DNA of 64,000 nt from a virus: the IMG/VR virus record IMGVR_UViG_3300046007_007030. The stretch is one strand, 5' to 3'. Position numbers and translations under genes: made by a program. The stretch's first letter is position 1, and every line of letters starts with the position of its first letter. Shown one piece after another: positions 29,761 through 39,875 of the stretch. A model generated the notes under the pieces. It had not been told where the DNA came from, did not search any database, and saw only the letters and a list, made by a program, of their open reading frames with translations.

Positions 29761-30186
29761 TTAGAGCCAGCCGTCTTGATAGTGGCAGGCCAAGTAGTCG
29801 ATCGGCTCGGGCTGCTCTGCCAGCCAAGCTGCACGCACAGCCTCCTGCTCGATGCGATACGCTTCTTCCTCGGCTTCCCACCGAGCATCAGCCTCGATCT
29901 GGGCTTCGATCTGTCTACCACAGTAGTTCACCAGATCCTGGAGCTCCTCGAGGCTCATGGACTTGAGATTGAGGTGCCTCGGGCGGATGCCAGTCGCATC
30001 CTTATACATGTCCCAGACGAGGGTTTCGAGCTCGTAACGCTTGTACTGGGCAACAGTAGTGATGCCCATCTCAGCCCAGTGAGTCAGATCCTCGGTGAGG
30101 AGACCAGCCCAGCGGTTGGCCGGATCTTCGGCGATCCAGGCAAGAGTCTTGGCATTCAGAGCGGCGAGGTGTTCAGCGAGAGTCAT
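29761..30186 (-). CDS. Conserved early hypothetical protein
   Basis: AAGGAG RBS; 'DMYKDATGIRPR'. Confidence 0.7.
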   Translation of the reverse strand: MTLAEHLAALNAKTLAWIAEDPANRWAGLLTEDLTHWAEMGITTVAQYKRYELETLVWDMYKDATGIRPRHLNLKSMSLEELQDLVNYCGRQIEAQIEADARWEAEEEAYRIEQEAVRAAWLAEQPEPIDYLACHYQDGWL

Positions 30187-30210
30187 GTAGTTCTCCTTGA
30201 TCATGTGTAG

Positions 30211-30239
30211 ATCTTACTGCACTTCTGATAAAATGTCAA
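30211..30239 (-). promoter_or_regulatory. Early promoter
   Basis: TTGACA-17-TAAGAT. Confidence 0.8.
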
Positions 30240-30415
30240 CCCATCATCAGGCTGATTTCGTACATGCACTCTTCTTTGAGTTCGTGGAAGTAGGAGTAGT
30301 CGTCGCCGTGAAGCTGCTTGATCTGAGCGTCGGTCAGGTCGAAAGCGACCTCGGGGAAGTTCTTGATGCGGCCGTTGGAGTAGCGAGCCAGTGCCTTGAA
30401 TTCCGAGTTGGTCAT
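30236..30415 (-). CDS. 59-aa early protein (MTNSEFKALARYSNGRIK...) missed by the ORF track
   Basis: Hand-translated; lies between two early promoters. Confidence 0.55.
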   Translation of the reverse strand: MTNSEFKALARYSNGRIKNFPEVAFDLTDAQIKQLHGDDYSYFHELKEECMYEISLMMG

Positions 30416-30447
30416 GCCGGTGTTTCCCCTGTGTTTCCATTATTAGT

Positions 30448-30539
30448 ATCTTACCTGACCTCGCATTAAATGTACATGCCTAAAACGCACCCAGGGAGAA
30501 AAAAGCGCATAAAAAAAGCCTAACCAAATCAAAGACTTA
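30448..30539 (-). promoter_or_regulatory. Early promoter with upstream IHF-like box
   Basis: TGTACA-17-TAAGAT; AATCAAAGACTTA at 30527-30539. Confidence 0.75.
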
Positions 30540-30622
30540 GGATGTACCTGCAAGTCCATGAAAAGATTAGGCTTTTTAATGGCCCTGGGAGCCCTTCCGG
30601 AGCTCCCAGGCCGGCTAGGGGC

Positions 30623-30829
30623 TTACCCCATGCGGTAATACAGGACCTGCCGGCCGTTGACCATGCGGCGGTTGGAGTAGATCTGGAAGCCCTCGGCGCG
30701 AAGATCCGAGATGCGCTTCATCACGGTGCCACGAGGTACCTTGGTATCCGAGGCGATCCGCGAGGCGGTCACGCCGGGGGACTCCGGACGACGGGCGAGG
30801 TAGTTAGCGACTCGATCGATATAGGCCAT
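30623..30829 (-). CDS. Small winged-HTH protein
   Basis: 'TASRIASDTKVPRGTVMKRISDLRAEGFQI'. Confidence 0.7.
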   Translation of the reverse strand: MAYIDRVANYLARRPESPGVTASRIASDTKVPRGTVMKRISDLRAEGFQIYSNRRMVNGRQVLYYRMG

Positions 30830-30915
30830 TCATAGTTCTCCATAAAAAAGAGAGTGAACCATTCACTCTTTCTCAGTATACTCCCTGTGCGCATTCATGT
30901 ACACAGGGAAATTAG

Positions 30916-30991
30916 TGGCGACCCCTGGAGGACTCGAACCTCCGACCCACAGCTTAGAAGGCTGTTGCTCTATCCGCTGAGCTAAGGGGCC
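30916..30991 (-). tRNA. tRNA-Arg(TCT)
   Basis: Cloverleaf, loop CT-TCT-AA, encoded CCA. Confidence 0.93.
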
Positions 30992-32283
30992 TTGTGATAC
31001 GCGCGCTGCCATCCGTCATGAATTCTCTTCATGTATTTAGGATAGCTACGATCCAAGAAGTCGATTGCCTTCATCACCGGCTGGTTGCCAAAGATCGGGT
31101 CTGTCCACTTGTAGTCGTCGAATATGATGACGCCGCCTGGCTTCAAGAGATGCAGCGAGTAGATGCCGTCATTGACCACATCCAGAGTGGCGTGCGAGCC
31201 GTCTACGTAGATGATATCGAAAGCTCGATTGTCCTTGCACAAAGCAGGAAGTACGAACCTCGAGTCTCCCTTCAGCAGGCGAACTTTCTCAGGCCAGCGG
31301 GAGACTCCCATGTTGAACTGGAACTTCTGCTCCATCTTGTTGACTTGGCTAGGATCGTGCTCGTGACTTCCCTTGAAGGTGTCGATGCAGTAAATTACGC
31401 TCTTCTCATGATCCATCATGTTATCGAGCAGCCAGGCAGTCGCGCGACCCTCGAAGCAGCCGATCTCGAGGATCTTCAATGGATCGCCGTTCTTCTTATT
31501 AGTCTCGGTGAAGATGCTCTTCCAGTTCTCGATGTTACCGCTGAACCAGTCCTCGCCGAACTTGTAGTCCATCATGCGATAGTTATTCAGTGCATCCGGT
31601 CGTGTGAGACCGGCGACGAAGCCGGGATTGTGTCTAAAGTTCTGTTTGTCGGTCACCGCTTCGTGGTGTGTGAAGGACTCGCGATCGCCGATGGCGCAGA
31701 CTACGTACGGCGGATCGATCTCCAAGAACTCCAGATCGTACCTGTTACGTACGCTGATCAAGGCCTCGGTCGGCAGCAGCCTCTTCTCTTCCTCGATCTT
31801 GTCTAACAAGAAGCGGGCTGTATTAGGAGTCAGCGTGTAAGCGTGTGCACCCTCATGGCGACGAGCCTCTAGGTACTCGTCTGGTAGGTCCGGAAACTCG
31901 TAGTCGCCGGCATAGTCGAGGCGCGGGCCGAGGTGCAGGATCTGATCGTCGCGGACCTCGAGGTGAGTGTAGTCTTCCTTGACGATCGCGTCGTGTTCTA
32001 AGACGATGCCGGCCTCTGTTCCAGAGGCGATCTTACGCCAGATCTCGATGTGACCGAGGGCAGCGTTGTACTCCTTTACGTACTGACGATCGTTCTCTTC
32101 GATGCCCTCGCGGCCGATCTTCCATCCGGTCTTCTCGGCAAGGTCTTCGATGGTGAGACCCATGAAGCCCTCGAACATCTCGTGCTCCACACCGTACTTC
32201 ACACACGAGGCCTCGCACTCCTTCGCGTACTCTCTCGACTTCTCAGTGTCGATGTATAGGATGTATGCCTTGCCTAACTTCAT
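30982..32283 (-). CDS. GT25-like glycosyltransferase fused to a class I SAM methyltransferase (Methyltransf_24-like)
   Basis: N-terminus 'H..IW...IVLEHDA...GAHAY'; C-terminus 'LEIGCFEGR...IDTF...YVDGSH...LKPGGVIIFDDY'. Confidence 0.8.
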   Translation of the reverse strand: MKLGKAYILYIDTEKSREYAKECEASCVKYGVEHEMFEGFMGLTIEDLAEKTGWKIGREGIEENDRQYVKEYNAALGHIEIWRKIASGTEAGIVLEHDAIVKEDYTHLEVRDDQILHLGPRLDYAGDYEFPDLPDEYLEARRHEGAHAYTLTPNTARFLLDKIEEEKRLLPTEALISVRNRYDLEFLEIDPPYVVCAIGDRESFTHHEAVTDKQNFRHNPGFVAGLTRPDALNNYRMMDYKFGEDWFSGNIENWKSIFTETNKKNGDPLKILEIGCFEGRATAWLLDNMMDHEKSVIYCIDTFKGSHEHDPSQVNKMEQKFQFNMGVSRWPEKVRLLKGDSRFVLPALCKDNRAFDIIYVDGSHATLDVVNDGIYSLHLLKPGGVIIFDDYKWTDPIFGNQPVMKAIDFLDRSYPKYMKRIHDGWQRAYHKAP

Positions 32284-32479
32284 ATCTTCTTGATCCCCAT
32301 TACGTAGTTCTCTGCGGCGTCTTCATGGTACTGCTCGCTGTGTCCTTCGTAGGACTCAGTCGCTATGACCAAGTCGTTCTTTATATAGTCGACCTCGATG
32401 TGCTTCGCCTCTCTATTGTAGTAGACGATAGCCTTGAGGTTCATGTCGTCGGAGTAGAATGTCGAGAGCTCTACCTTAT

Positions 32480-32710
32480 TCACTTCATAATCCTCTTCAT
32501 AGTAATCTTGGCGCCGAATGCGATGGCGATGAGAATGACAACCCAAGCGAATAGTACGAAAGCCAGTGGAATCCAGATGGGAGCGAGTACCCACCACCAA
32601 GACCAGTCGATGTAGTTAGTCAACTTGAGAGTGATGAAGATGAGACAGAGGATACCAAGAAATCCAGGATTGATGTTGACGTCTACTGACGGTTTCATAT
32701 CGAACTCCAT
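32480..32710 (-). CDS. Small membrane protein
   Basis: 'FITLKLTNYIDWSWWWVLAPIW'. Confidence 0.7.
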   Translation of the reverse strand: MEFDMKPSVDVNINPGFLGILCLIFITLKLTNYIDWSWWWVLAPIWIPLAFVLFAWVVILIAIAFGAKITMKRIMK

Positions 32711-32717
32711 ATTGAAT

Positions 32718-32792
32718 TGGTGCGCCCGGTAGGACTCGAACCTACACTCAGACAGTTATGAGCTGTCAGCTTCACCTTTAAGCTACAGGCGC
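32718..32792 (-). tRNA. tRNA with CAT anticodon (Met or Ile2)
   Basis: Cloverleaf, CT-CAT-AA, CCA. Confidence 0.88.
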
Positions 32793-32795
32793 TAT

Positions 32796-32871
32796 TGGTA
32801 CCCCCTGTCAGATTCGAACTGACCCTGAAGCGATTTTAAGTCGCTCGCCTCTGCCGCTGGGCTAAGGGGGC
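32796..32871 (-). tRNA. tRNA-Leu(TAA), short variable loop
   Basis: Cloverleaf, CT-TAA-AA, CCA. Confidence 0.88.
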
Positions 32872-32876
32872 TTTGT

Positions 32877-32968
32877 TGGTAGGCGTGTAGGGATTCGAAC
32901 CCTAGCGAGAACACCAATCTAGTGCTAAAGGGTTTATAAGTCCCTCCGGGCCACCTGGCCACACGCCC
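32877..32968 (-). tRNA. Atypical tRNA, TAT anticodon (nominally Ile), long variable arm
   Basis: 7-bp acceptor, TAGGG-TTCGAAT-CCCTA T-arm, CT-TAT-AA, 7-bp V-stem, 4-nt D-loop, CCA. Confidence 0.75.
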
Positions 32969-33255
32969 GTGTGCTATTTAAGATAGAGCTCTATCCGCTC
33001 TTCCATATATTTTTTGACTGTCAAGAGCTTGTCCAACTCTCTATGGGTGAAGTTCTCCGCCGCGTCGTCTTGCGCTCTGCTTATGGCAGGATCCAAGAAG
33101 TTTCGGATCTCATAGTTTAGCATTGTAACCAGAAGTTGCTTGTGAGAGTCAGAGATATACATTACGCCCTCCATGATAGTCAACATACCCTATCTATTCA
33201 AACTGGTACATACTAGAATCGTAGGAGACAGATTCCCTCGGTCCTATAAATACTG

Positions 33256-33789
33256 ATGCCTGCCAACCCAAGGAAGGAAGTCATGCTCATAAAAGTGTAC
33301 GGTTCGAGCACTAAGCGCATGAAGGCGCTCGTTCGTGATGCCGTAAAGCATGTTGCCGCGAATTTCTTTGACAAGAGGATCCTCGAGAATCTCGAGATCT
33401 CCGTCAAGTTCGACTCCAAATTGATGGACGAGACGGGAGACGTGGCCCAGATGGAGTGGATGGACAATCATCTCCGCGGGCGCGTATTCACTATCTTTGT
33501 AGACAAGAATATCAATCCATTCCTGACAATCCTGTGTGTCATGCACGAGATGGTTCACGTGAAGCAGTACGCCAAGGGAGAACTCTTCCAGTCACTAAAG
33601 GAGTGCAACCTCCACAAGTGGAATCGGAAAGAGTGGGTCAATGACGAGAAGGTACCCTACTGGGACCTGCCGTGGGAGATAGAAGCCCACGGCAGAGAGA
33701 AGGGACTCATGCTCGATTGGATGAGCGTGACAGACTTGCTATCCGAAGACGAGAAGCAAGACTGGCGTGCCAAGTTCATGTTCTCTTAG
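33256..33789 (+). CDS. Putative zinc metallopeptidase (HExxH)
   Basis: 'HEMVHVKQY...PWEIEAH'; TATAAATA late promoter at 33245-33252. Confidence 0.75.
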   Translation: MPANPRKEVMLIKVYGSSTKRMKALVRDAVKHVAANFFDKRILENLEISVKFDSKLMDETGDVAQMEWMDNHLRGRVFTIFVDKNINPFLTILCVMHEMVHVKQYAKGELFQSLKECNLHKWNRKEWVNDEKVPYWDLPWEIEAHGREKGLMLDWMSVTDLLSEDEKQDWRAKFMFS

Positions 33790-35162
33790 ACCAACATCTT
33801 TAACTTATCTTTGAGGGACTGATTAGTCTCTCTACCCATGTCAGTACGATCGAACACGGGGCCCTCGAGCAAGTTCTCTTGGGCTCCCTGCTCCACGTCG
33901 TAGAACTTCATCTTAGCCCTGTCCACTCCGATCACGAATCGCTTGAACTTGTTAGGATCGCCGTATCGATTCTTCAACTGCTTCACCATGATCTGTCCCA
34001 TGTCGGCCAACTCCTCGGTAGAGATGAGAGCGATCATGAAGTCGGCCGTGGCAGGCAGACCGAAAGACTCAGAGGTGTCGGTCAGCTCTACGTCCGACGA
34101 CGAGTAACCAGTACGTGTCGTCTGCGTGGCAGACACGATAGGCAGCTTGAACTCTACTGCGAGGCCGCGCAACTCCTCGGCGATGCTCTTGATGTAGGTG
34201 TAAGAGTTGACGTTAGCGCCAGGCTTTATGCGAGAGCTCGCGCAGATGTTTAGGTAGTCGATGTAGATGATGTCGGGCACGAAGTTCTTCTTCAGCGCCA
34301 GCTCGTTGAGTAGTGCCCTGAAGTGGTGAGAAGAGGCCGAGGCAGTAGGATACTCCTTGATGAGCAGCTTACCGACGGTCTTCTCTCGTACCTTCTTCAC
34401 CTTAGTGCGATAAGTCTCACGAGGCAACACGAGCAGCTCGTCCAGCGGGACGTTCATGAGATTGGCGTCGATGCGCTTAGCGATCTCTTCCTCGGCCATC
34501 TCCATCGTTATGTACAACACGTTCCTGCCCAGAGTCAGGTTACCCGCTGCGCAGTGACACATGAACATCGTCTTACCTACGCCGGTGCCTGCCAGGATGA
34601 TGTTGAGTGTCTTGGTCGGTATGCCGCCGTTAGTGATCTCGTTCATGTAGTTGAGATCGAACGGCAGCCTCGCCTCCTTGCGATGATAGAAGTCGTAGCG
34701 CTGATCGAAGTCCTCGAGGTAGTCATGGCCGACCGAGTTGTCGAAAGTGACTGCTAAGGCGTCTTGCAGCACTTTCGGGATCATGCCCTTCTCGAAGCTC
34801 TTGTCAGTGCCGTCCATGATCTGAATGGACTTAGACACGGCGTTGTAGAGAGCCTTGTCCTGACAGAACTTCTCGGTCGTGTCGATCAGCCAGTCCATTC
34901 CAGTCTCGTCTCGAGTCAGACTCTCGACGACTTCCTTAGCCGCCTTGAAGCCTGTCTCATTGAGACCCGAAGCGTTGCCTAGTTCAATGAGGATAGCCTC
35001 CTTAGAAGGGAGACCATTGTACTTATTGATGTAGGAGTCGACTAACTTGAACGTGATCTTATGAGACGGATCTACGAAGTACTCTTCTTTCAGGAACGGT
35101 AAGACTTTTCTAGAGTACTCTTCGTTGTACGCGAGGTGCGAGAGAATCGTCTGCTCGATCAT
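33786..35162 (-). CDS. 41: Replicative helicase gp41
   Basis: 'AGTGVGKT', 'YITMEMAEE', 'IDYLNI', 'SATQT', 'SESFGLPATAD', 'KNRY'. Confidence 0.97.
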   Translation of the reverse strand: MIEQTILSHLAYNEEYSRKVLPFLKEEYFVDPSHKITFKLVDSYINKYNGLPSKEAILIELGNASGLNETGFKAAKEVVESLTRDETGMDWLIDTTEKFCQDKALYNAVSKSIQIMDGTDKSFEKGMIPKVLQDALAVTFDNSVGHDYLEDFDQRYDFYHRKEARLPFDLNYMNEITNGGIPTKTLNIILAGTGVGKTMFMCHCAAGNLTLGRNVLYITMEMAEEEIAKRIDANLMNVPLDELLVLPRETYRTKVKKVREKTVGKLLIKEYPTASASSHHFRALLNELALKKNFVPDIIYIDYLNICASSRIKPGANVNSYTYIKSIAEELRGLAVEFKLPIVSATQTTRTGYSSSDVELTDTSESFGLPATADFMIALISTEELADMGQIMVKQLKNRYGDPNKFKRFVIGVDRAKMKFYDVEQGAQENLLEGPVFDRTDMGRETNQSLKDKLKMLV

Positions 35163-35227
35163 ACAGATCTCCAATCAAAATGCGGCTATAGATTTTTGAT
35201 TGGAGATTGTTGATTGGTAGTAAGAGA

Positions 35228-36274
35228 TTATTCGACGGAGGAGTCTTCCATGATAGGCGAGTCACTGGTCAGCGTGTACTTATTCTTGATGAACTCGGTC
35301 AGCTTGCCTTGCTTGAGGAGCATCATCCACATCTCCTTGTTATCCTCGACTTCAGCGAGACGCATGTTGTTACCAATGAGCTCACCGGTGTCAGGATCCA
35401 CGAGCTGATACCAGCCGTTCTTAGGCTTAGCGATGACCTTCGCCTCGAGGGCGAGATCGAGCAGGCCGCTCCACTTCTTGATGCCACCGTTGAAAGATAC
35501 CGTGATCGGGATCTTGCTCTTCTCACGAACGAAGCGAGACTTCTCTATGTTGATCACGAAGTTGTAGCCCGTGATGCCATCACTGTCCTTCTCTTGTTGA
35601 CGACCGAGGATCCAGATGGTGTTGGCGGAGTAGTAGATGCCTGTGCCACCGGAGACGATGTCACGAGGATAGAGCGCCATCTCCTTGTACGTATGATTGA
35701 CCACGATCATGGGCAGGTCCTTCAGCGTCAGGTGTGGAGTGACCATGCGGAAGAGAGACTTGAGAGCCTTGGCGCGAGACATGTCGGCTACGCTCTTACC
35801 CTCGAGGGCGTCATCGACTTCCTTCTTCGAGGCTAGGTTACCGACGGAGTCGATGATGATGCATACCTTGTCTTCTCGTCCGAGAGAGTTGAGCTGCTTC
35901 ATCACGTCGTGCTTGAGTTGCTCTACGTCAGTGATCGGAGTATGAACCACGCGCTCGATGGGAATGCCGAACGTATCGAAGTAGCCTTGAGGAGTACCGA
36001 ACTCCGAGTCGTAGAAGAGGATGACACCCTCGGGATACTTCTTGAGGAAGGCAGACGCCATCAATAGAGAGAAGCCTGACTTGAAGTGCTTGGACGGACC
36101 GGCCAGGATAGTCAAGCCTGGTGTGAGACCGCCGTCGATGGAACCGGAGAGAGCCACGTTGATCATAGGCACAGGAGTCGTGATCATATCCGACTTGCCG
36201 TATACCTTGCTGTCTTCTAGAGTGGAAGTCTCTTCGATCGTGGAGTTCTTAATCAATCTGTCAATCAATGACAT
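35228..36274 (-). CDS. uvsX: RecA-like recombinase UvsX
   Basis: 'AGPSKHFKS', 'YDSEFG', 'ADMSRAK', 'VSGGTG'. Confidence 0.97.
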   Translation of the reverse strand: MSLIDRLIKNSTIEETSTLEDSKVYGKSDMITTPVPMINVALSGSIDGGLTPGLTILAGPSKHFKSGFSLLMASAFLKKYPEGVILFYDSEFGTPQGYFDTFGIPIERVVHTPITDVEQLKHDVMKQLNSLGREDKVCIIIDSVGNLASKKEVDDALEGKSVADMSRAKALKSLFRMVTPHLTLKDLPMIVVNHTYKEMALYPRDIVSGGTGIYYSANTIWILGRQQEKDSDGITGYNFVINIEKSRFVREKSKIPITVSFNGGIKKWSGLLDLALEAKVIAKPKNGWYQLVDPDTGELIGNNMRLAEVEDNKEMWMMLLKQGKLTEFIKNKYTLTSDSPIMEDSSVE

Positions 36275-36390
36275 TCGTGTACCTCATGTCTTGGAAAGGT
36301 TTGTATCTACGTATAGTATTCTGTTTATTCTTTGATGTATACTTCTTTTTTAGAAGCTGCGAATATGTGCAGCAACTTTTAAGAAGTTCA

Positions 36391-36795
36391 TCAGGTGTCT
36401 ATGAGGTCCTTTAGCTTCTTCTTGAATTGAGCCAGCTTCTTCTGTCGATCTGGCCAATAGATGTAGCCCTTATCAGGATCCTTAGCGAGATTGTCGAGGA
36501 GAGGTACGATCATGTTGTACATCTTCTTGAGCTTCTCGTTGACCGCGACTCCTAACTGCTCGTTAGCCGCGGCCTGCTGAGCCAGCGATTGAGCCTTCGC
36601 TTCGAGCTCCTTCATGGCGCCGAGCTCGTTCTCATTGACCGCGGAGAATCCGAAGTCGAAACTATCATCGATGTGAGTGTTAGGCTTATTACTCATTTTA
36701 TGTGTTTCCTTTTTAGGAATGTAATTCCGACATCCTGGAGGACACTCATAGTACAATCCACAAGGGCATCCGCCACCATAATCATACGCCGCCAA
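36391..36795 (-). CDS. Conserved T4-like hypothetical protein (start may be near 36696)
   Basis: 'FDFGFS...PLL.NL.K.P.K.YIYWPDR'. Confidence 0.7.
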   Translation of the reverse strand: MAAYDYGGGCPCGLYYECPPGCRNYIPKKETHKMSNKPNTHIDDSFDFGFSAVNENELGAMKELEAKAQSLAQQAAANEQLGVAVNEKLKKMYNMIVPLLDNLAKDPDKGYIYWPDRQKKLAQFKKKLKDLIDT

Positions 36796-39319
36796 AGAAG
36801 TCCTCCAAAGTAGCTGAGTTGGTTAAGTCCCATCGCAAGACGTCCGTGATGGACTTGATTGGATCGAGGAAGGCCTTCTCGAACTGAGTGTCGTAGTCTA
36901 TGTATCTCTCCAGGCCGAACTCCTTGGGCAGCTCGGAAGGACAGGATATGACGTTCTCATGGATCGGGTTGGGCTTCTTCAAGTAGCAGAACTTGATCTT
37001 GTCTCCATCGCCGAGCATCTGATACTTGTTCTCGAGGCTCTTCATCTTGACGTGATGATTGTAGAGCAGAGCACCTCGAACCTGTATCGGCGTGCCCTTC
37101 TTGTAGATGGCGGCCGAGTTGTCTCTGTAGTCTCCAAGTCCCTTCAGACCACGAGGGAAGGCGACTTCCTCGAAGGACATCTGACGGAACTTCTTCTCGA
37201 ACTCGTCGATGAATGCTATCAAGGAGTCTCTGCCCTCGGTCATCAAGATCTGAATGGCCTTCTTAATGCTCTCGCGGCACACCTTGGGAGTCGAGGACCT
37301 GACTGCCTCGATGCCCACCATCTTCATCTTAGGAGTGGAGTATGACACGCCCTCCTCGTTGTAGACGTGCATGACGTAGTGCTTCTTACCAGTCCATACG
37401 CCCTTGTCGGCGATGGCCTCTCGCTTCATGTGCATCTTTTGCTGATACGCATTAGTAATTCCAGCGAGATCGTCGTAGCACGAAGCAATATACGGTTCAA
37501 TTCTAGTAGTACAGGCAGTGTCCAGGAACTCGACGACTCTATTCGCCTTTGAAGGTTCAGGTTTGCCTCCAAAAGAGTGACGGACCAGCTTATCAAAGTT
37601 AACATACATCGAGTCAGTATCGCACGCGATGACATAGTCGTCTCCCTCGGTCTTGAGCAACCTATTTAGGAAGTCATTCATCTTGTTCTCCACCCACCGA
37701 ATGGAGAGGCGACCAGACGTCGTGATAGCCTCGGCATTATCGGCCGAGAACCAGCGGAAGTAGATGTTACCCAAGGCGCCGTAAGCCGAGTTGAGTTGGA
37801 TCTTCTTGGCCAGCTGGAGGTTGTGATAGGCTGAGATCTTCTTACCCCACTCAGGATCCTTCGTCTCCTCGAACTTCTTCTTGGCATCGAGCATGAGCTT
37901 CTTGTACCTGGCTCGATCGTCAAACATCTTCTCCATGAGAGCAGGCAAGAACCCCTGCTTCTCACGAGAGTAGATGCACCCGTTCGGCGTGATAGTGACG
38001 TTATTAGTCTTCATGTAGTCGGCGTACTTCTCATAGAGGTAGCCAGTAGGAGCTCGATCGTCTTCATAAGGATCCGGCACCTTGCCGTGATACGTCTCTG
38101 GCGAGATGTTGTACTGCATGATGAGGTGAGGATACAGAGACGTGAGGTCGAAGGATACTACCCAGTCGTACATGCCTGGCTTAGGCTCCTTGACGTACCC
38201 GCCGATGATGTCGAAGTAGGTCTTGGAAGTCTCGAAGTGTGGCACCACGATCTTCTGCTCTAGCAGGTAGTTGTGGATGATAGTGTCCCACATCTTCACC
38301 GTGGTGAAGCAGTCCTCGAAGTTTACCTTCGCGTCGTAGGCGATGGCCATGACCTGCTCGATGAAGCGATGCTTGTCCTCGAGCCTGGCGACGAGGTTCA
38401 CGTCGTGGATGTTGTACTCCATGAATTTCTGGAAGTTCTTCTTGTAGAGCTCGTCGAGGCTGCCGTACTCGGAGTAGTCGAGCTTCTTCTCGCCTAGGTC
38501 CTTCTCAGCGATGTAGTTGAGTGCGTAGGACTCCTGATTGCTGAAGCTGAACTTCTTGTAGAGTCGCATGTAGTCGAGCACGGCGATGCCTGCCGGTATG
38601 AACACCTGCTGCTCTCTGCCCTTGACCTCGATGTTCCTGGTGTCCAGCAACTTCCACGGAGAGAGGCGCTTGGCCTGGTCCTCGCTGAACAGGCGAGTGA
38701 TCCTGTTGACGAGGTAAGGCAGGTCGAAGAACTCGATGTTCCAACCGGTCAGGATGTCGGGAGAGAAGTACCGAGAGTCCCACAGCTCGAGGAACTTCTC
38801 GAGTAGCGCGTGCTCGTTCTCGCACTTGTAGTACTCCACGTTCTCGAGGTGTGGCCTGTAATCCTTCATGCCGATAGACGCGATCCTGTTGCCACGCTTG
38901 AGAGTGATGGCGGTGACGGCCTTGTCGGCGGTCTGGATGTTAGGGAAGCCTGAGGACGAGTCGGTCTCGATATCGAGAGTGACCACGGCAAGCAGCGTGG
39001 GGTCGTACTCGATCTGACCGGCGTAGAGCTCGTTGATACAGGCGTACTCGTAGTTAGTGGACCCGTGCACGGAGATGCCTTCGACTCCTGAGTACTTCTC
39101 GAGGAACTGCTTGCCTTCCCACATATTGTCGAGCTTGTACTCTGCGACCGGTGTTCCATCCAGAGTTCGATAGCCACTATCTTTCTTGACTCCAGAAGTC
39201 GTGGAGACGTAGAGAGTCGGCTCGTAGTGAATCTTCTTCTGAACTCGATTGCCGAACTCGTAGCCACGTAGGAGCACGTAGCCCTTGTGTCTCTTAAAGG
39301 ACGTGTAGAACTTCATCAC
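36782..39319 (-). CDS. 43: Family B DNA polymerase gp43
   Basis: Exonuclease 'DIET', 'GWNIEFFD'; polymerase 'SFDLTSLYP', 'KIQLNSAYG', 'DTDS'. Confidence 0.98.
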   Translation of the reverse strand: MMKFYTSFKRHKGYVLLRGYEFGNRVQKKIHYEPTLYVSTTSGVKKDSGYRTLDGTPVAEYKLDNMWEGKQFLEKYSGVEGISVHGSTNYEYACINELYAGQIEYDPTLLAVVTLDIETDSSSGFPNIQTADKAVTAITLKRGNRIASIGMKDYRPHLENVEYYKCENEHALLEKFLELWDSRYFSPDILTGWNIEFFDLPYLVNRITRLFSEDQAKRLSPWKLLDTRNIEVKGREQQVFIPAGIAVLDYMRLYKKFSFSNQESYALNYIAEKDLGEKKLDYSEYGSLDELYKKNFQKFMEYNIHDVNLVARLEDKHRFIEQVMAIAYDAKVNFEDCFTTVKMWDTIIHNYLLEQKIVVPHFETSKTYFDIIGGYVKEPKPGMYDWVVSFDLTSLYPHLIMQYNISPETYHGKVPDPYEDDRAPTGYLYEKYADYMKTNNVTITPNGCIYSREKQGFLPALMEKMFDDRARYKKLMLDAKKKFEETKDPEWGKKISAYHNLQLAKKIQLNSAYGALGNIYFRWFSADNAEAITTSGRLSIRWVENKMNDFLNRLLKTEGDDYVIACDTDSMYVNFDKLVRHSFGGKPEPSKANRVVEFLDTACTTRIEPYIASCYDDLAGITNAYQQKMHMKREAIADKGVWTGKKHYVMHVYNEEGVSYSTPKMKMVGIEAVRSSTPKVCRESIKKAIQILMTEGRDSLIAFIDEFEKKFRQMSFEEVAFPRGLKGLGDYRDNSAAIYKKGTPIQVRGALLYNHHVKMKSLENKYQMLGDGDKIKFCYLKKPNPIHENVISCPSELPKEFGLERYIDYDTQFEKAFLDPIKSITDVLRWDLTNSATLEDFFGGV

Positions 39320-39452
39320 TTCTCCTAATTATTGATGGTGCGAAGACAGTAGAACCAAGAGTTGTCAGCGAGACACTCTCTCCATGTCATGACCTCTAGA
39401 TATACTATACCAGACATCAATATAATGAAACAGAATAATAGCAAGTAGTACT

Positions 39453-39875
39453 TCATAGCCCTGCTTCCTCCTTCAACAACCCGTAGATCTCGACTGCTCT
39501 CTTGGGATTCATAGCCCCGCCAGAACAGAATATACATCGGTCGACGAACTCTCGCTCTGTCATGTCGTAGACGTTCTTCTCGTATCGAAGAATATAACCG
39601 ACGGTATAATACTCACTATAGAGCGGGCGATAGGTATTCGGAGTCGACTTAGCCTCCGGCTTCTTGTAGGGCTCGGTGTTGTACTTGAGCCAGACGCTCC
39701 TCTCGACTACTCGAACAGTTCCCTTAGTCGGAAGGCCGTACCAGTCCTCTTCTCGCTGTATCCACATCTCTCTGTCCCACGTGGACTTAGGAGGATCGTC
39801 GAGCTTGTTGTCAGTGTAGGTGACAACGGGTATGTCTATCGTCTTTCCGAACATAGTGTAGGGTAGCTTCATCAC
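39453..39875 (-). CDS. Hypothetical protein
   Basis: Packed ORF. Confidence 0.6.
   Translation of the reverse strand: MMKLPYTMFGKTIDIPVVTYTDNKLDDPPKSTWDREMWIQREEDWYGLPTKGTVRVVERSVWLKYNTEPYKKPEAKSTPNTYRPLYSEYYTVGYILRYEKNVYDMTEREFVDRCIFCSGGAMNPKRAVEIYGLLKEEAGL

Noticed and set aside
36782-39319. Intein or intron in the polymerase (also checked nrdJ and helicase)
   Set aside because: Protein lengths are normal, with no splicing motifs or frame breaks.
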